Assembly: GCA_951406725.2 (NCBI GenBank)
Contig: OX597835.1
Coordinates: 2,542,001 to 2,606,000 of the forward strand
From: Octopus vulgaris
Lineage: Eukaryota
Direction: 5' to 3'
DNA: 64,000 nt
This document shows, piece after piece, positions 28,547 through 43,075 of this stretch; position 1 is the first letter of the stretch, and each line of letters begins with the position of its first letter. Below the pieces are notes generated by a model. It was not told where the DNA came from, did not search any database, and was given only the letters and a program-made list of their open reading frames with translations. Position numbers and translations under genes: made by a program.

Positions 28547-30529
28547 TTGTTTGTTTCTGTATTAGTAAACATTCGCTAACTTTTTCCCAGAAATTTAATA
28601 AGAGCTCTGGCACCTCGAAAATTATATATATACGCACATACATATATACGTATATACATATATATATTTTCTTTTACTTGTTTCAATAATTTAAATTGAA
28701 GCCCTGATGGGGGACCGCCTTAATGGGATTTTAGTCGAAGCAATTGACCCTCACATATACACACATACATTTATGTATATGTGCATATAGGCAGTTGATA
28801 AGAAGGCCCAATTAATGAGGTAATATGAAGTTTGGTGTTCGTAGATAGAAGTGGCAAATCAAGGTATACATCTGCACTCTTATAGAACATCCGTAACTAA
28901 TATCAGATACAAAAAGAAAAGAATACAGAATACAGCGAGAAAAGCGTTGGATATCTAATTACCTCGACACCAGTGCTAAACTGGGAAAGGATGAACGGCA
29001 AAGGAGACATTGGTGGGATTTGAACTCGGAAAGTGAGGTTGGACGAATTGCCGCTGACCATTTTGATCAGAGTGCCGTCGACGCTACCGTCTCATTACGA
29101 ATGACTAATGAATAATGATGCTCCCCGGCTCATTACGAATGACTAATGAAACAAAGCAACAGGTGCAAGAGACATTAATCGTTAGCAGCAGGTAGAGACA
29201 CACCAACTACAGTGCTATTTATATATATGACCGTCAATATTATTTGTTATTATATCCTCTTTCAGTCCTCTATTCTTTTACTTCTTCTACTGCGGCCATG
29301 CTGGGGCGCCACCTTGAAGAATTTTAGTCGACTGCATCTACTCCAGTACTTTCGTTTAAAGCTTGGTACTCACACTATCGGTCCCTTTTGTCAAATTGTT
29401 AAGTTATAGGGATTAAAGTTTTTGCCTTAAAGACAGCCATCGGCTATAGCAGATGTTAATCAGAGCCAAAGAAAGAACTAATGTGATCTTACTCGTTTCG
29501 GGGCCAGTGGTATTCATCGCAGTTTCTTTTCTATCGTTTGTTTATTGTTCTCCCACCTCTGTTCTTTCTTTGAAATTGTTTGAAAACATCTCAGTACTGG
29601 TATGCCTTTGACATAACGATTAAAACAATACGTTTTCCATATAACGTTTTAGATGGTGTGTGCGTGAGTGCATGCGTGCGTGTGTGTGTGTGTGTTCGGC
29701 GACAATACCATGTCTAAATGAGGAATGTAGAATCTTGAAGATATTTTTGGACAGTTACTGGATACTGCCCCACAATGAGAGCAAAATCGACATGCATACA
29801 TTTATTGGCGTACACCTGAAATATACCTGAAGTTCATCGATTCTTCGCCTAGTTTTCCTTTGCTGAGATTAGTCGCTGACATCTCTAATAGACAAAGAAA
29901 ATAGCAAGACCATTAATTAATAGAGATACGGAATATTATGCTCTGTCAGAAAGTGTTGTATTTGTAAAGATGTCGGTTACGTAATTTTCTGTGTGAGGAT
30001 GATACGGCACCTGTGTTTAACATCAAACAATTACGTTCATTTAGGTGTGTGTTAGATACCTGTGCAACATATTAACACAATATACAATGAAATGTGAAGA
30101 AAAGATTGATTTGGGTTAAAGAAAATAGAGAAAATACTTTCGTTTGTGTACATTTCACATACAACATTCCGTCAAATGGAAATTGAGAAACCTCACATAA
30201 TTGTTTGGGACAGAGTTATAGAAGCCAGATGCTTTTGAAGAAAGTACATTTCGTTCATTTAACAGAATGGAGAATACTTATGGACAAATGCTTCGAAGAC
30301 ATCATCTTCACCTGAATTATATATTTACATTAGTACTATTGGTGCAATTAAATTAACTAATTGTTTAAACGATAATGTTATACAGCTTGAATTTTCAGCG
30401 AGATGAAATCGGATCGAGAAAATATCATTGTTACCTAAATTCCAGCTGTAGACGTTTGCTTCTTTGTAAGAATAAAGCTTCGGTTTTTAATTACCCTATT
30501 TGTTCTATTTCCATATCAGTAGGTGCGTG

Positions 30530-33500
30530 ATGAAAGGCATCAGTGTCCTATTGTTTTGTGTATCCATTTCATACACCTTCTCCGATAAACAAAGTAAGTA
30601 TAATCAGAAACTTCTTTTACTGAATGGTCGTCTGAAATGTAGTGGGAGAAAAGAGGGAAAATAGAAAGATGGAAAGAAAAAAAACGAATAATGTTACCTC
30701 AGCGGTCTTTCGTAGGTGTCCCACTTATATGTAATTACAGCTTTCAAATAGATAACTCTTTTTATGTACGTTACTAGTTTCTTTTATTCTCTGTGCCCTT
30801 TTCAAGCCTAGCCAGGCTCATTGGCCCGGTTTCCCGGTTTCCCGGTTTCTGTGGCGTATGTGTTCCCCCCAGCTGGACGGGACGCCAGTCCATCGCAGCG
30901 TTACTCAAGAAACAGGAAGAAAGAGTGAGAGAAAGTTGGGGCGAAAGAGTACAACAGGGGTCACCCCCCCCCCTGCCGGAGCCCCGTGGACCTTTAGCTG
31001 TATTAGCTTAATAAACACACACAACACCCGGTCTGGGAATCGAAACCGCGATCCTCCGACCGCTGCCCTAACCACTGGGCCATTTCACCTCCACATGTAC
31101 ATTACTCATTGATCAAATATTCAGAATTACGATTCTTCAATATAATATAAAACATTTAATTAACAATATGACTGACTAATTCGTTATGTACAAATCGGTA
31201 AGAATTCTAGTGGTGTGCTCTGATCTGTTACTCCTATACAAGATCAGAAGGTAAGCACGGACGAAATGCCGCTAAGCATATCGTCCGTCGAGCTAATGAT
31301 TCTACCAATTCGCCACTGCCTTCAGTACTCTTAATTATTAAGAGTACATCACAGTATAGAATCAGCAGGAGCTACATATAACGTTTCATGCTTTGTTTGT
31401 TTTGTTGTCTTTCTATTTTATGACTGCGTCGTTGGGTTTTTTCTTATCTCGTTTACGTATTACAAATATCCATCGCTACAGTGAGGAACAATGCGAAGTG
31501 TCTGAGTGAGGAAACACGAGTTCCAGTCGTCAAGATTCTGCATCTTTCTTCAGATGATGTTATTATACATATATTATCCTCTAGTTTATGAATTATCTGT
31601 TGAGTGCTACTTGAGTATTTTGGGTATTTCTACACAAAGCTTTCGTAAATGGATATCTAATTCTTCCATATGTATTTAATATCTCTTTCAGATGTCACTC
31701 CCGTCCATCAACAGACAACAGCTATTGTAAGTTTGAATAACATGACGCAAAGGTAAGAACTACATATCTACATCTGTTATCGAAATAATAGACTAGCACC
31801 CTCAGTAAATGTTCATGGCTTATGCCGTAGTAGAGAGGTCATTAGTATTGGAGCAATCCTATTCTTGAGACTGTTTCCAAATTATAGTTTTTGCGCAAAA
31901 GAAAATCTGAAACGCAAAATATGATTGGAAAAAAAAAAATCTTCATGAGTAAAAATTGAATATTTGTTTATAATTTGCCTACAAAGTTTATTAGCAGTTT
32001 ATTCAGATAGGCGTAGGAGTGGCTGTGTGGTAAGTAGCTTGCTTACGAACCACATGGTTCCGGGGTCAGTCCCACTGCGTGACACCTTGAGCAAGTGTCT
32101 TCTTCTATATGCATTTGGCCTAAGTATATTAATTTTAACCACCTTTCTCTTTTTCTTCTTTTCTATTTTCACTCCTCCTCCCCCTCTCTCTCTCACTCTT
32201 ACTCCACCTCGCACTCACTCCACCTGCCACTTTCTAACTAATTAATGTATAAAGGGCGAACGAAGAAATAGCTTATTATATAGATATATATATGTGTTTG
32301 CATGTGCGTGTGCGCGCGTATATTTCTCGTAAGAAACTCCTGTTCTTAGATTGCACATGCATAACTTTGCATGATGCATGATGTAATGCAGCGCCAACGA
32401 ATACAAGACAGGCTGCTCTTCATGGTGATATTACTACCTAACATGTTATACAACTTAAAGTGCCAAAGGATTTACTCATAGGCAGACATTAATCTCCCTC
32501 CTTAATAGGTAATAATGAAAAAAAACAAAACAAAAAAACAAGGCAAGGAATTCGCTTTTTGTTTGTTTGTTTTTTATACAAAGACAAATGTACCAAAATA
32601 ACCTGAATGAAAAATCTTATAAAGAATAAGATTCCCGTTTCAAACATCATTCTCTGGATGAAGAGTTGCTTTGTCTGTTTTTTTCGGAAACCTCGTTTAC
32701 AGATCTTATTTAGGATGTGTAGAGAAGCATGGAGGAAGTATCATAATGACCGTAACAAAAGAAATAATATCACACAAAATGCAGATTTGATTTCCCAGTT
32801 AGAAGCAAATAATTCTCTTTGCTAAAATGTGCTGAGAATCATGAACCAATTTTTGATTTATTCCTTTAGGTCAATGTAATGACGATAAATTCGAACACAG
32901 TGGATCAATAAGGCTTACATTGATTGAAGAATATCGGGACTGGCCGTGGCATCTAAAAGTAGACACAATTAATATGCATTCACATTTGTTACAATTGTGG
33001 AGGCGCGTGGCTTAGTGGTTAGGGTGTCAGCATCATGAGCGTAAGATTGTGGTTTCGATTCCTGGACCGGGCGACGTGTTGTGTTCTTGAGCAAAACACT
33101 TCGTTTCACGTTGCTCCAGTCCACTCAGCTGGCAAAAGTGAGTAACGTTGTGATGGACTGGCGTCCCGTCCAGCTGGGGAACACATACGCCATTGAAACC
33201 GGGGTACCGGGCCCATGAGCCTGTCTAGGTTTTAAAAGGGGCGCATTTATTTTATTTATTTGTTACAATTATTAACTCGAGAAGCATTAATACTCTACTT
33301 GTTACCTTCACAACATTTACCTGTTGATTACCCTGCCACGGTCTACAACTAATTATGAAAATCTTAATATATATATGTAATTATATACTTTTTAACAAAT
33401 CGGAGAAAGTACACATTGTAATCGTTAAAAGAACGGAAGAATATCAGTCGTCCTATTTGTTTCGGTTCTGCATGCTACACCTTCAAATCCCATCGTATTA

Positions 33501-33868
33501 ATGTTAGACTGTGGTTCTTTCGACGTCGATAAAATAAAACACCCGCATCGTCTAATCCCTGCCTCTGAATGTTCCTCCCCTTCTCCCTTAACGAGAAACC
33601 ATAATTTAATGACTTACTTCCTACCATATTCTGTATTTACAGAGGCAAGTGTAAGAGAGCCCAATGTTCAATATATGAGTGTAACCGATATTTGACAGAG
33701 AAGAGTTGCTGCCCAGGTCTGAATTGTCATTGTAATTTACCACTAAAGATATGCATGTGTAATTCACAAAATATCGTCCACGTGACTCATAACAGTAGAC
33801 TCCAAAGTGTAATCGCTTTTCTCATTTTTCTTGTAAATTTAAATCTTATGGACGTTCTGTTCGTGTGA
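30530..33868 (+). CDS. Knottin prepropeptide gene 3, divergent paralog (exons 30530-30593, 31692-31752, 33643-33868); 116 aa
   Basis: MKGISVLLFCVSISYTFSDKQ-NVTPVHQQTTAIVSLNNMTQR-GKCKR-AQCSIYECNRYLTEKSCCPGLNCHCNLPLKICMC-NSQNIVHVTHNSRLQSVIAFLIFLVNLNLMDVLFV*. Exon A/B sizes, phases and splice signals are the same despite clearly diverged introns; framework C-x4-C-x8-CC-x4-CxC-x6-CxC. Confidence 0.87.
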
Positions 33869-34073
33869 ATCTTGTGGATAAAATTCAGACATCAGATTTG
33901 TTTTATATATACAAGGAGAAAATCGATGAAATCACGGAGACAAAATATTTTACGTTTTAGATCAGAAGAATTTAGAACTGTGATACATACAAAAGCCAAA
34001 GGAAACAGGCAAACAGCTAAAGTATATTCAACTACAAAAACATCAACTAGTGCTGCTGCTGCTGCTACTGCTG

Positions 34074-34171
<98 letters not shown>

Positions 34172-35240
34172 ACATCTTCAATTTTAAAACTGATTCACTT
34201 ATCAAATCCTGTATCAATTGAATACTACGAGTAAATTTCATGAAACAAAGTGAAATATGAAATATTAAAGAGCAGAAGCTTGATTTTGTAGTTTATCCCT
34301 GAAGGAAATTCTCGGATGTTGTACCAAGAACTGAAATGGTAAAGAAGAGAGCATGAGTAAAACATAACCTACAAATTGTGAAATTTCTAAAACCCTTAAC
34401 TTAACACGACGATCGTATCTAATAGCTAATATATTTATGCTATTAATCAATCAAATTTTAATGAAATCCCAATTACATAAATTTATTAAACCATAACAAA
34501 TTCTTAGTGCTTCATTCTTCCCCGTGCTACTTGTTTTGAAGTTATTGAACGGAAGCAAATTTCCAGGGTTGCGTTCTTCGTTGTGGTGTTTGCTTTTAAG
34601 TTATGGATATGGATGGTTAGATTTTAAAGTATCACATTATATTATTATAGAATAAAGAATATTCTCCAAGTTCTATTTTACAATATTTAAATAGGAAAAA
34701 AAAACAGAAAAAAAAGAAAGCAGAGAAAAAAAGGACGCGGTAAAGCAGCAGAATATGGAGAGGAGGGGCGAAGGGCCTCATGATCCAGAACGAAGCGTGT
34801 GCTCAGTAGCCACTCCACTTCCTGAGGCTCATTTATCCGATGGGCAGCTTTCACTTCTATATTGGGGAGGAAATCGGTAGTACGGTGTCCGAGAACTCCT
34901 GAGGTCTCGGCATAATAGTCACAAACTGATAGGGGCCAGTCAGGACCCAATATTTCTTGAATATTCTCTCTTCAGGATTACGGGTGGTGACACCCGGATA
35001 TGGAGCCGTTGCAGCAAGGTTGGATCCTTGTGAAAAATATTTATTGATGTTTGATCTAACTACGTTCTGACTGATATAATGTGTATAAGTTCCCACTGTC
35101 CACACTGATGTTCCATTCTTGAGAAGGTTGCACTTGATTTGATCAGTATATCCTTGCAAGTCGAGTGACCACGAAGCCTCCCACATTGTCTTGATTGCAG
35201 TCCCAAAATTGAAGCAAAGATGTCAAATAATTGCATATAT

Positions 35241-35334
<94 letters not shown>

Positions 35335-36189
35335 GTATATATATATATATATATATAGCAAGGAAAAATTGTAAAACTGCAGAATGCTAAATTGAAAGAA
35401 AATTTTAATGTAAATGGGTGTATGGAAAAATTTTTTTTAAAACTGATAAAATATATAAATATATATTAATTCAAAACGGTTTTCGTCATAATGTGACTTT
35501 TCGAGAATTGTAAAGTAACATTTTTTTTTTAAGTGAGAAAGGGGAAAAAAGAAAATTGCATTGTTTTTTGCAAAAAAATAATGATAAATATGTACAAAAA
35601 TTAAAAAATATGTACTCCGATACATTGTGAAGTCTTTGTGTATCTTGAGTTTAATGATTGTTCACGAAAAAATTACCTTGAAGTATTAGGATCCAATGGG
35701 ATTAAAGCCATGTGTTGTTTAGTTTAATTAAGGGTGTTGGCAAAACAGGAAGTAGTAGTAATTGTAGTTCTTCAGTTCCTGTGTTGTGAATAAGGGGAGA
35801 CAACTCTATGGGTTTTGAGCTCTTCAATTTGTATTTATCATTTTTTTGTGAGAAAAGGTGTTAATAAACTTTAAATTATAAAATTATCATTTTAGCTTCA
35901 TTTGCATTATCTTTTTTTATATAATTGTTTGCTAACTTAACATTCAGATTTTGAAACTTTATTTATATTATTTTCTAATTATATAAATTTGCATAAACCA
36001 ATTTATAATTACATTTCAGATTGTTATGTCATATATAATATAAATGATAGTAATAATAACAACAATAATAATAATGATATTTAAAGAATATAAGTTTTAG
36101 CTTGAAGTGATGAATGCATGGTATCCTTATATATTTGTGTTAGTCCATCCATGAAGAATGAGGTAGAAAAAGGAAGTATGATCAACGAG

Positions 36190-36420
36190 GAGTTTGCATA
36201 TTAAGTTGCGTTTTGAATTTTTCAATAAAGAGATTCTCCTTGTTAATTCTCTCCTGTGTGGTGATCCCGTCTTTACATTGGTAGAAAGGGGAATATGTAG
36301 AATTTGGGATTTATGTCTTTAGCGCATGAGTCTATGTGGTCACTCAATGGAATTTGTCGGTATTCCGGGAGATTTATTTGTTCTTTATGCACCGCTACTC
36401 GTTTACGTAAGTGATTGGAA
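36190..36420 (-). mobile_element. Fragment of a second Penelope-like family (GIY-YIG C-terminal half)
   Basis: SNHLRKRVAVHKEQINLPEYRQIPLSDHIDSCAKDINPKFYIFPF resembles the R..H...LS.H segment of PLE endonucleases. Confidence 0.5.
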
Positions 36421-36438
36421 AACACCTGCAGATTAAAA

Positions 36439-36480
<42 letters not shown>

Positions 36481-36499
36481 AATAACAATAATAATATTC

Positions 36500-36546
<47 letters not shown>

Positions 36547-36559
36547 TACAATAATAATA

Positions 36560-36930
36560 ATAAAACAGAGCTCAATGCGAAAAACAAGATAATAGGTATC
36601 AACACTAGCCGTCCCAGTTATAAGTTACCGCTACAATATTCTTAACTGCAATCTAAATAAATTAATCGAAATAGACAGGAAAACAAGAAATATAATGACT
36701 GGATTCAGGATGCACTACCCAGAATCCGAAATAGAAAGGTTATATATATACAACGTATAGAAGGTGGTAGAAGCCTTATACAGCTAGAAAATTATTACAA
36801 GATAACCACCATAGGACTACAGAAATACCTACTTCAGAAGCAAAGAAAACACAGTTAATGTGATGATGGAGAAGAAACAATAAATCATATTGTCGTGTCT
36901 GTCCAGTCCTGGCTAAGAAGGAATATATTC
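36560..36930 (+). mobile_element. R4/Dong-like non-LTR retrotransposon fragment (post-RT region), degenerate
   Basis: KTELNAKNKIIGINT...IDRKTR...MHYPESEIERLYIQRIEGGRSLIQLENYYK across frameshifts; starts directly after (AAT)n. Confidence 0.65.
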
Positions 36931-37860
36931 ACCTTAACCAGTTGAGCATGGCCCTTAGTGACTGACGATATGTGCATCTCAGATCACGAGCAGAAGTATT
37001 GGGGGTGGGGGTCATCATAGCCATGTGTTGAGAGGGATTCTTTGGGGCTTGAATAATTCACCTCTGGAAGCATGGGTTTTTCGTTCAACATCCTTAAACA
37101 ACCCTTAATCAGGGACCTTTTGAGCGGGATGGGTTACTCGATCGGAACAAAATTCTAACTGGGCCTCACCTGCAAGGTCATGTGCTGTTTATCGTGATAT
37201 GAGATCACCATGTCGCGCACATATGGTTGTGATGCATGTGCCTGGTGTACCCTTATCAGACGGGTAGTCATGATGAATATACCGGGCTTCGTATATTTTA
37301 CCCCATTTTCACTTTGCTGGCATGCACTGCTTTCTCACTCAATAATAATAATAATGATTGCCCAGATGCAGTACCAGAGAGTGGTTCTCATGGCTTCTGA
37401 TTTCAACTGATTGGAAGTGTTATCATGTATATTGTTTTGTCTTGGTATAAAAGATGGGCTACAGCAAATATTCTGCTCAATACCACAGATTTGCTTGTCA
37501 GTTGTTTGACCTTAACCAGTTGAGCATGTCCCTTAGTGGCTGACGATATGTGCTTCTCTGATCACGAGCAGAAGTAGTGGGGGTGCATCAATGTCATGTG
37601 TTGAGAGGAATTCTTTGGGGCTTGAATAATTCACTTCTGGAAACATGGGTATCCTTAGGTAGCTCTTATTCAGGGACCTCTTGAGCGGGATGGGCTACTC
37701 AACCTAAAGAAAATTCTAATTGGACACCACCTACAAGCTCATGTGCTATTCATCTTGATATAAGATCACCATGTCGCGAACATATGGTTGTGATGCATGT
37801 GCCTGGTGTACCCTTATCAGACAGGTAGTCATGATGGGAATAGTGGGCTTCGTATATTCG
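36931..37860. repeat. Partial tandem duplication of an interspersed repeat (~578-bp period)
   Basis: accttaaccagttgagcatg... begins at 36931 and 37509; the matching ORFs MSRTYGCDACAWCTLIR start at 37210 and 37771. Confidence 0.75.
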
Positions 37861-38230
37861 TACTCAACATTAATTTCAGAATTCATCCAAGGCAAGGAAC
37901 ACGGCCATTTGTCCCCTACCCAATTCATGATCACAACACATAAATACACTGCAACAAAATTCCTTGAACTCAACAGGCTCTGCTCTATTTAACATTGTCC
38001 CCCAAAAAATCTAAGAGAAAAACGATCCCATCACCTTCAAACGAAGTCTAGACAAAATTCTTCAAGGAATACCAGATAAGCCACTTATACCTGGATACAA
38101 CTCACTCAGCTAGAACTCCCTCCTCGAATGGACCATGATACTACAAAACTTGACTTTAAAAGGATTTAGCAAATCCAATCAGGTGGTGCTATTAAGTTAA
38201 ACATGGCCTGGGCCAATCTTTGATCGAAAC
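37860..38230 (+). mobile_element. Degenerate CR1-type LINE 3' fragment
   Basis: Broken reading frames give GSALFNIVP...FKRSLDK...IPDKPLIPGY, like the ORF2 C-terminus of CR1-group LINEs. Confidence 0.4.
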
Positions 38231-38936
38231 ATATCTAAGCTATCTAAATTATATATGTATCTGAGTGTGTATGTGTGTGTGTGTATGTGCGTTTGTGTGC
38301 TTGTGTGTGGCAAGTACAAAAGGGAATTTTTTACCACACAGGAACACCTCTAATGTATGATCTCTAACCAAATAAAAGAACCCAATGATTTACAGTAATA
38401 GTGTTTATTTAACGCGCCTGCTACTAAGTAACGACGATCACAAATAAGACTGCGTAGTTCTTATAAACTTTTGCACATACTTGTTTTACCTGTATCAATC
38501 ACGCGCAACATACTAGCTCGGCCACCAACATAGTGAAGATTATCTTTTCGGTTTGCTTCAAATGTCAACTCTCCAACCATATCAGTCAGAGTTCAAATCT
38601 CACTCACAACAGATACAGTATACCAATATTGACTAAATGGCATATAAGGCCCCAAATACCAAAATTGATAAAAGTCGTAGACATACGACTTTTTGCGCAC
38701 ACAAACAACTCAGCTTAAAACGTTTCCGTCTTCTTGGTGGGTGGATTAGGAAATATCGTTCACTCTGTTACATTTATATTTTAAAGAAATTCAATGCACA
38801 TTAAGTGCAAAAAAATATAAAACAAACATAGGCCAGGCATGGTAAGGAGTTTTTTTCCCAACTACTTCAAGGCACTTTCCACAGGGTTTACCTACAGTAG
38901 TCGTATGAATCCATTTGGCAGAGAGAAACTGAAAGA

Positions 38937-39016
<80 letters not shown>

Positions 39017-39278
39017 TGCGTTGGCACTTATCAAACTAGTCGCAGTTCGAACACCACCGAGATAAAATATTCATTGATTAATGTATTTCCCGCTGGATTC
39101 TTCTAATCGTAATAATGTCACGTGGATAATTTAAATATTTTGCCAGTTATTTAATTCAATCATAAAGTTCTCAGTAACTATATAAACTCGCAGCTCTGTC
39201 TCTTTTGACTAGTTACATAAATACCAATGCACGAGGCACTAGGACCTTATGTAATTCTGTTACATCTGCTAAAAAGTT

Positions 39279-39326
<48 letters not shown>

Positions 39327-39394
39327 GCATATAGATAGATAGATAGATAGATAGATAGGCATATAGATAGATAGATAGATAGATAGATAGGCAT

Positions 39395-39473
<79 letters not shown>
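39279..39473. repeat. (GATA)n microsatellite
   Basis: Direct reading. Numerous other (TA)n, (CA)n, (TATG)n, (TAA)n, (GA)n and (CTA)n tracts occur throughout. Confidence 0.95.
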
Positions 39474-39474
<1 letters not shown>

Positions 39475-40506
39475 TCCGGTTATCAAGCGTCTCCATAATT
39501 TCATTTTTCGCTTGAAAGGAACGGTTGTCCTTATATATTGTCCTGGGGTCGTTTTGTTCGACTAAAACCCTTCAAGTTGGTGCCCCAGTACAACCGCATT
39601 CAAATGACTGAAACAAGTAGAAGATAACAAATGTGTCGTGTACCAAACAGTTTGCACAGACATTACACACCATGTTAGAACGGTGACATTACCTTCGCTC
39701 AAAATATAATGTGTAACTCCGATTTTATGTGAAATGGATGAAGCTATCGTACGCCAATAGATAGTGCATCACTATATTACATCCTATTATAGTTTCGAAT
39801 TTCAGAGACAGAGCTACCAGTTTTCAGTGGAGTGGTTAATCGATATCCTCTAATCCAGTTATTCGTTAGTACATATTTTATACACCATGGAGAGATGAAA
39901 GGCATTAGTTGGCGTTGCGCAACTTTAATTCACAATGCATTGAATCGGAAGGCATGTTATCCGGTGCATAAAAAGCTTCGGCCGGTTTCATATTTCTTTA
40001 TTTATTGGTTAATTGTGCCTTATTCGCGACTGTCTCCGCACACACACTCGCACAAATTAAACGTTATATATACATATATATAAATATTTTTTTTATACTC
40101 AAAGCGCAAGGCACGAAATTCTTTTAGAAAAAGGGGGCCAGTCGACTAGATAGACCCCAGTACGCTATTTATCGACCCCGAAAAGATGAAAAGATGAAAG
40201 GCAAAGTCGACTTCGGCGGAATTTGAACTCAGAACGTAAAGACAGAGAAATACCTATTTCTTTACTGCCTACAAGGGGCTACACACTGAGGGGACAAACC
40301 AGTACAGACAAAGGGATTAAATCGATTACATCGACCCCAGTGCGTAACTGGTACTTAATTTATAGACCCTGAATGGATGAAAGGCAAAGCTGACCTCGGA
40401 AGAATTTGAACTCAGAACGTAGCGGCAGACAAAATACAGCTAAGCATTTCATCTGGCGTGCTAACGGTTCTGCCAGCTCGCTGCCTTTAGTTATTTATTT
40501 ATCTAT

Positions 40507-40545
<39 letters not shown>

Positions 40546-42808
40546 TTTTTTATATACATATATATATGTATGTGTGTGTATGTATGTATGTATGTATGTA
40601 TGTATGTATGTATGTATGTATGTATGTATGTATGTATGTATGTATGAATGTATGTATGTATGTATGTATGTATGTATGCATACATAGTAAGAGGAGGGAT
40701 ATGGATATACAGGCAGATAACGCGTGACTCTATTTTTAATTTCCAAGGCCGGTTTCATCTGATGATCCGTTTTAAGGTACGTTTCCTAAAAAAAAAATAC
40801 CATTCGATGTTACGGTTTATTTCCTGGCTTCTTGGTATTACAATACTGGTAATAAGGAAAACGAAGACTTTCTGCTTGGTTTATTCATCATAATTGTCCT
40901 TTATGTCGTATTTATGTCGCATCAATGGCAAATTGCTGCATATAAATATGCAGTGACATTTTTCCAGGAGTAATTCTTCCCGTTATTTGTTTCAATCAGA
41001 CTTGGTAATGGCAGTAGTAAATCATGTTATTCTTTTGAATTATTCTACAGTCCTTATAGTCATATGGTATTTTAAATAGATCTTTGGGTTGGTTGTTCTA
41101 TTTAAATTGTGATGGAAATAGTAGTGGGTGATTACAGGTCAGTAGACACCATGCGGATAATAAAATGAAATATTTAATTGTAAATTTACTCAATTTAATT
41201 ACTGTTATTGTTTTAAAGAGTTGAATGGCTAGAATTACATGTTTCTTGCGTTCTATTATTTGTATATTTTAAAAATGAAACGTTGTTTGTGCAAGCAATT
41301 AAAACTTCTTTCTTGTGTAGTGTTAACTAATTCATTTTTTAAAGTAAATTTTTGATATAATTCTTCGAGGAAAAAATTACATTTCTCCTTCACTATTTTC
41401 TAAACTAATAACGGGAGAATTGCTCCTTGAACAATGGCTGAAGAGATCGTATAAATTATGCATAAATCCCTGCATATAAATATGAAGAAATTTGCAGTTG
41501 ATACGATCGAAATACGTGTCAGACAATTACTATCAATAAAACCAAACAGAAAGTCTGAATGTTCAAATTCATTGTTTCCCTTAATATTATTAGAGTGTGA
41601 GGGGAAAGCTTGTGTGTGTGTGAGAGAGAGAGTCTGCCTATCTGTATGTTACTGTGTTTGTATACACGTATTTATATATAACTGTAAAGAGTGATCTAGC
41701 GGAACATTTTGCACACCGGTCGCTGCTTAACGGCACATCATCCGTCTTTAAGTTCAGAGTTCAAACACTGCCCAGGTCGACATTACCTTTCATCACTCTG
41801 GGGTTGATAAAATTATTACCAGTTGAGCACGTCGGTTGATATAATCGATTTACTCAATCACCCAAACCTTCCGGCCTTGTGACCAAAATATGAAACACAC
41901 ACACACACACACGTGTGTGTCTGTGTGTGTAAGCGTCTGTATGCCAGTAGGTATGTCTTTTACATATATGCATATGAGAATATGTATAGATAGAGACAGA
42001 GAAGAAGACTACGAGATAGGTGAATAAGAATAGGAATTGGCACACGTGTGCATGTTGTTCAAATATCAGCTTCACAATCCCACACTTTTGCCATAAATAC
42101 TGGGGGGGGGGGGGCAAACGGAAATCTTACTGAGTCGTCCATTACAGATTAATTTTAGTATTAATTCCATAATGCTTGCAATGGATATACGAGACGATAT
42201 ACTTCATGCTTATCCTCTTCCTATATTTCAAATTAACCTTAAAACCCCGAGTCAGTACAACTGTTGTAGGTCCAAGTTAGACTACTTTGTTTATCTATCT
42301 TACTGGAAGTCTTAAGCTTTTCTAACACCATATTCCATACCAGACTTTTATTTGATTTATGATATAGCAAACATAGTGTCGGAAACTAAATTCATATAGT
42401 GCAGAAGAGGCCATACAATTTTCATCTGTGGCTAACTTGTCTCTAGTTTGACGTTTCTCTTTCAGGTGGTATCATATGTACTCGTATCATCCTTCTTCAG
42501 AAATCAGAAAAGTAGGCAGGCTATTGCAAGTGCTGTTGCATGATGTCAAAATGATGTGAGTTATGGAAACGCGCGTAGCGATGTAGCAAATATTACTAAA
42601 TTCCATCCTAAAATGATTGTTATTATCCTATTTATCCTACATTATATCTGTATAACCATGATGCGACCCCGAAAACTGACACACTGGTCAGTATCATTAC
42701 ACGTTACACGGAATAGTGAAATAGGAGCTCTATTTGCATATACCTGATGTTATCGTAAACGAATTTAAGATATATACATACATATATGATGTACAGGTAT
42801 TTTATATT

Positions 42809-43075
42809 AGAAGAAATAAGGTACTCAGAAATTTGGATGGTTTTATATTTAGAGATGTTTATTTGTATACTCCATGTTTTTATACATCATATATCATATA
42901 TCATACATTAGCACTTTCGCCCATTCTAGTTGAGTTGTCAAATTGAACTATTCAATTTGACAACTCCACTAGAATGGACGAACCCGCTAATATATGATGT
43001 ATAAAAACATGTAATATACAAATAAATATCTGTAGATATAAAACCATCCGAACTTCTGAGTACCTCATATCTTCT
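42809..43075. mobile_element. Fold-back / MITE-like palindrome (~265 bp)
   Basis: agaagaaataaggtactcagaa...ttctgagtacctcatatcttct; the arms pair imperfectly up to the centre tcaaattgaa-cta-ttcaatttga. Confidence 0.7.

Noticed and set aside
32998-33075. tRNA gene-like sequences
   Set aside because: They are SINE heads continuing into SINE bodies; I see no intact cloverleaf.
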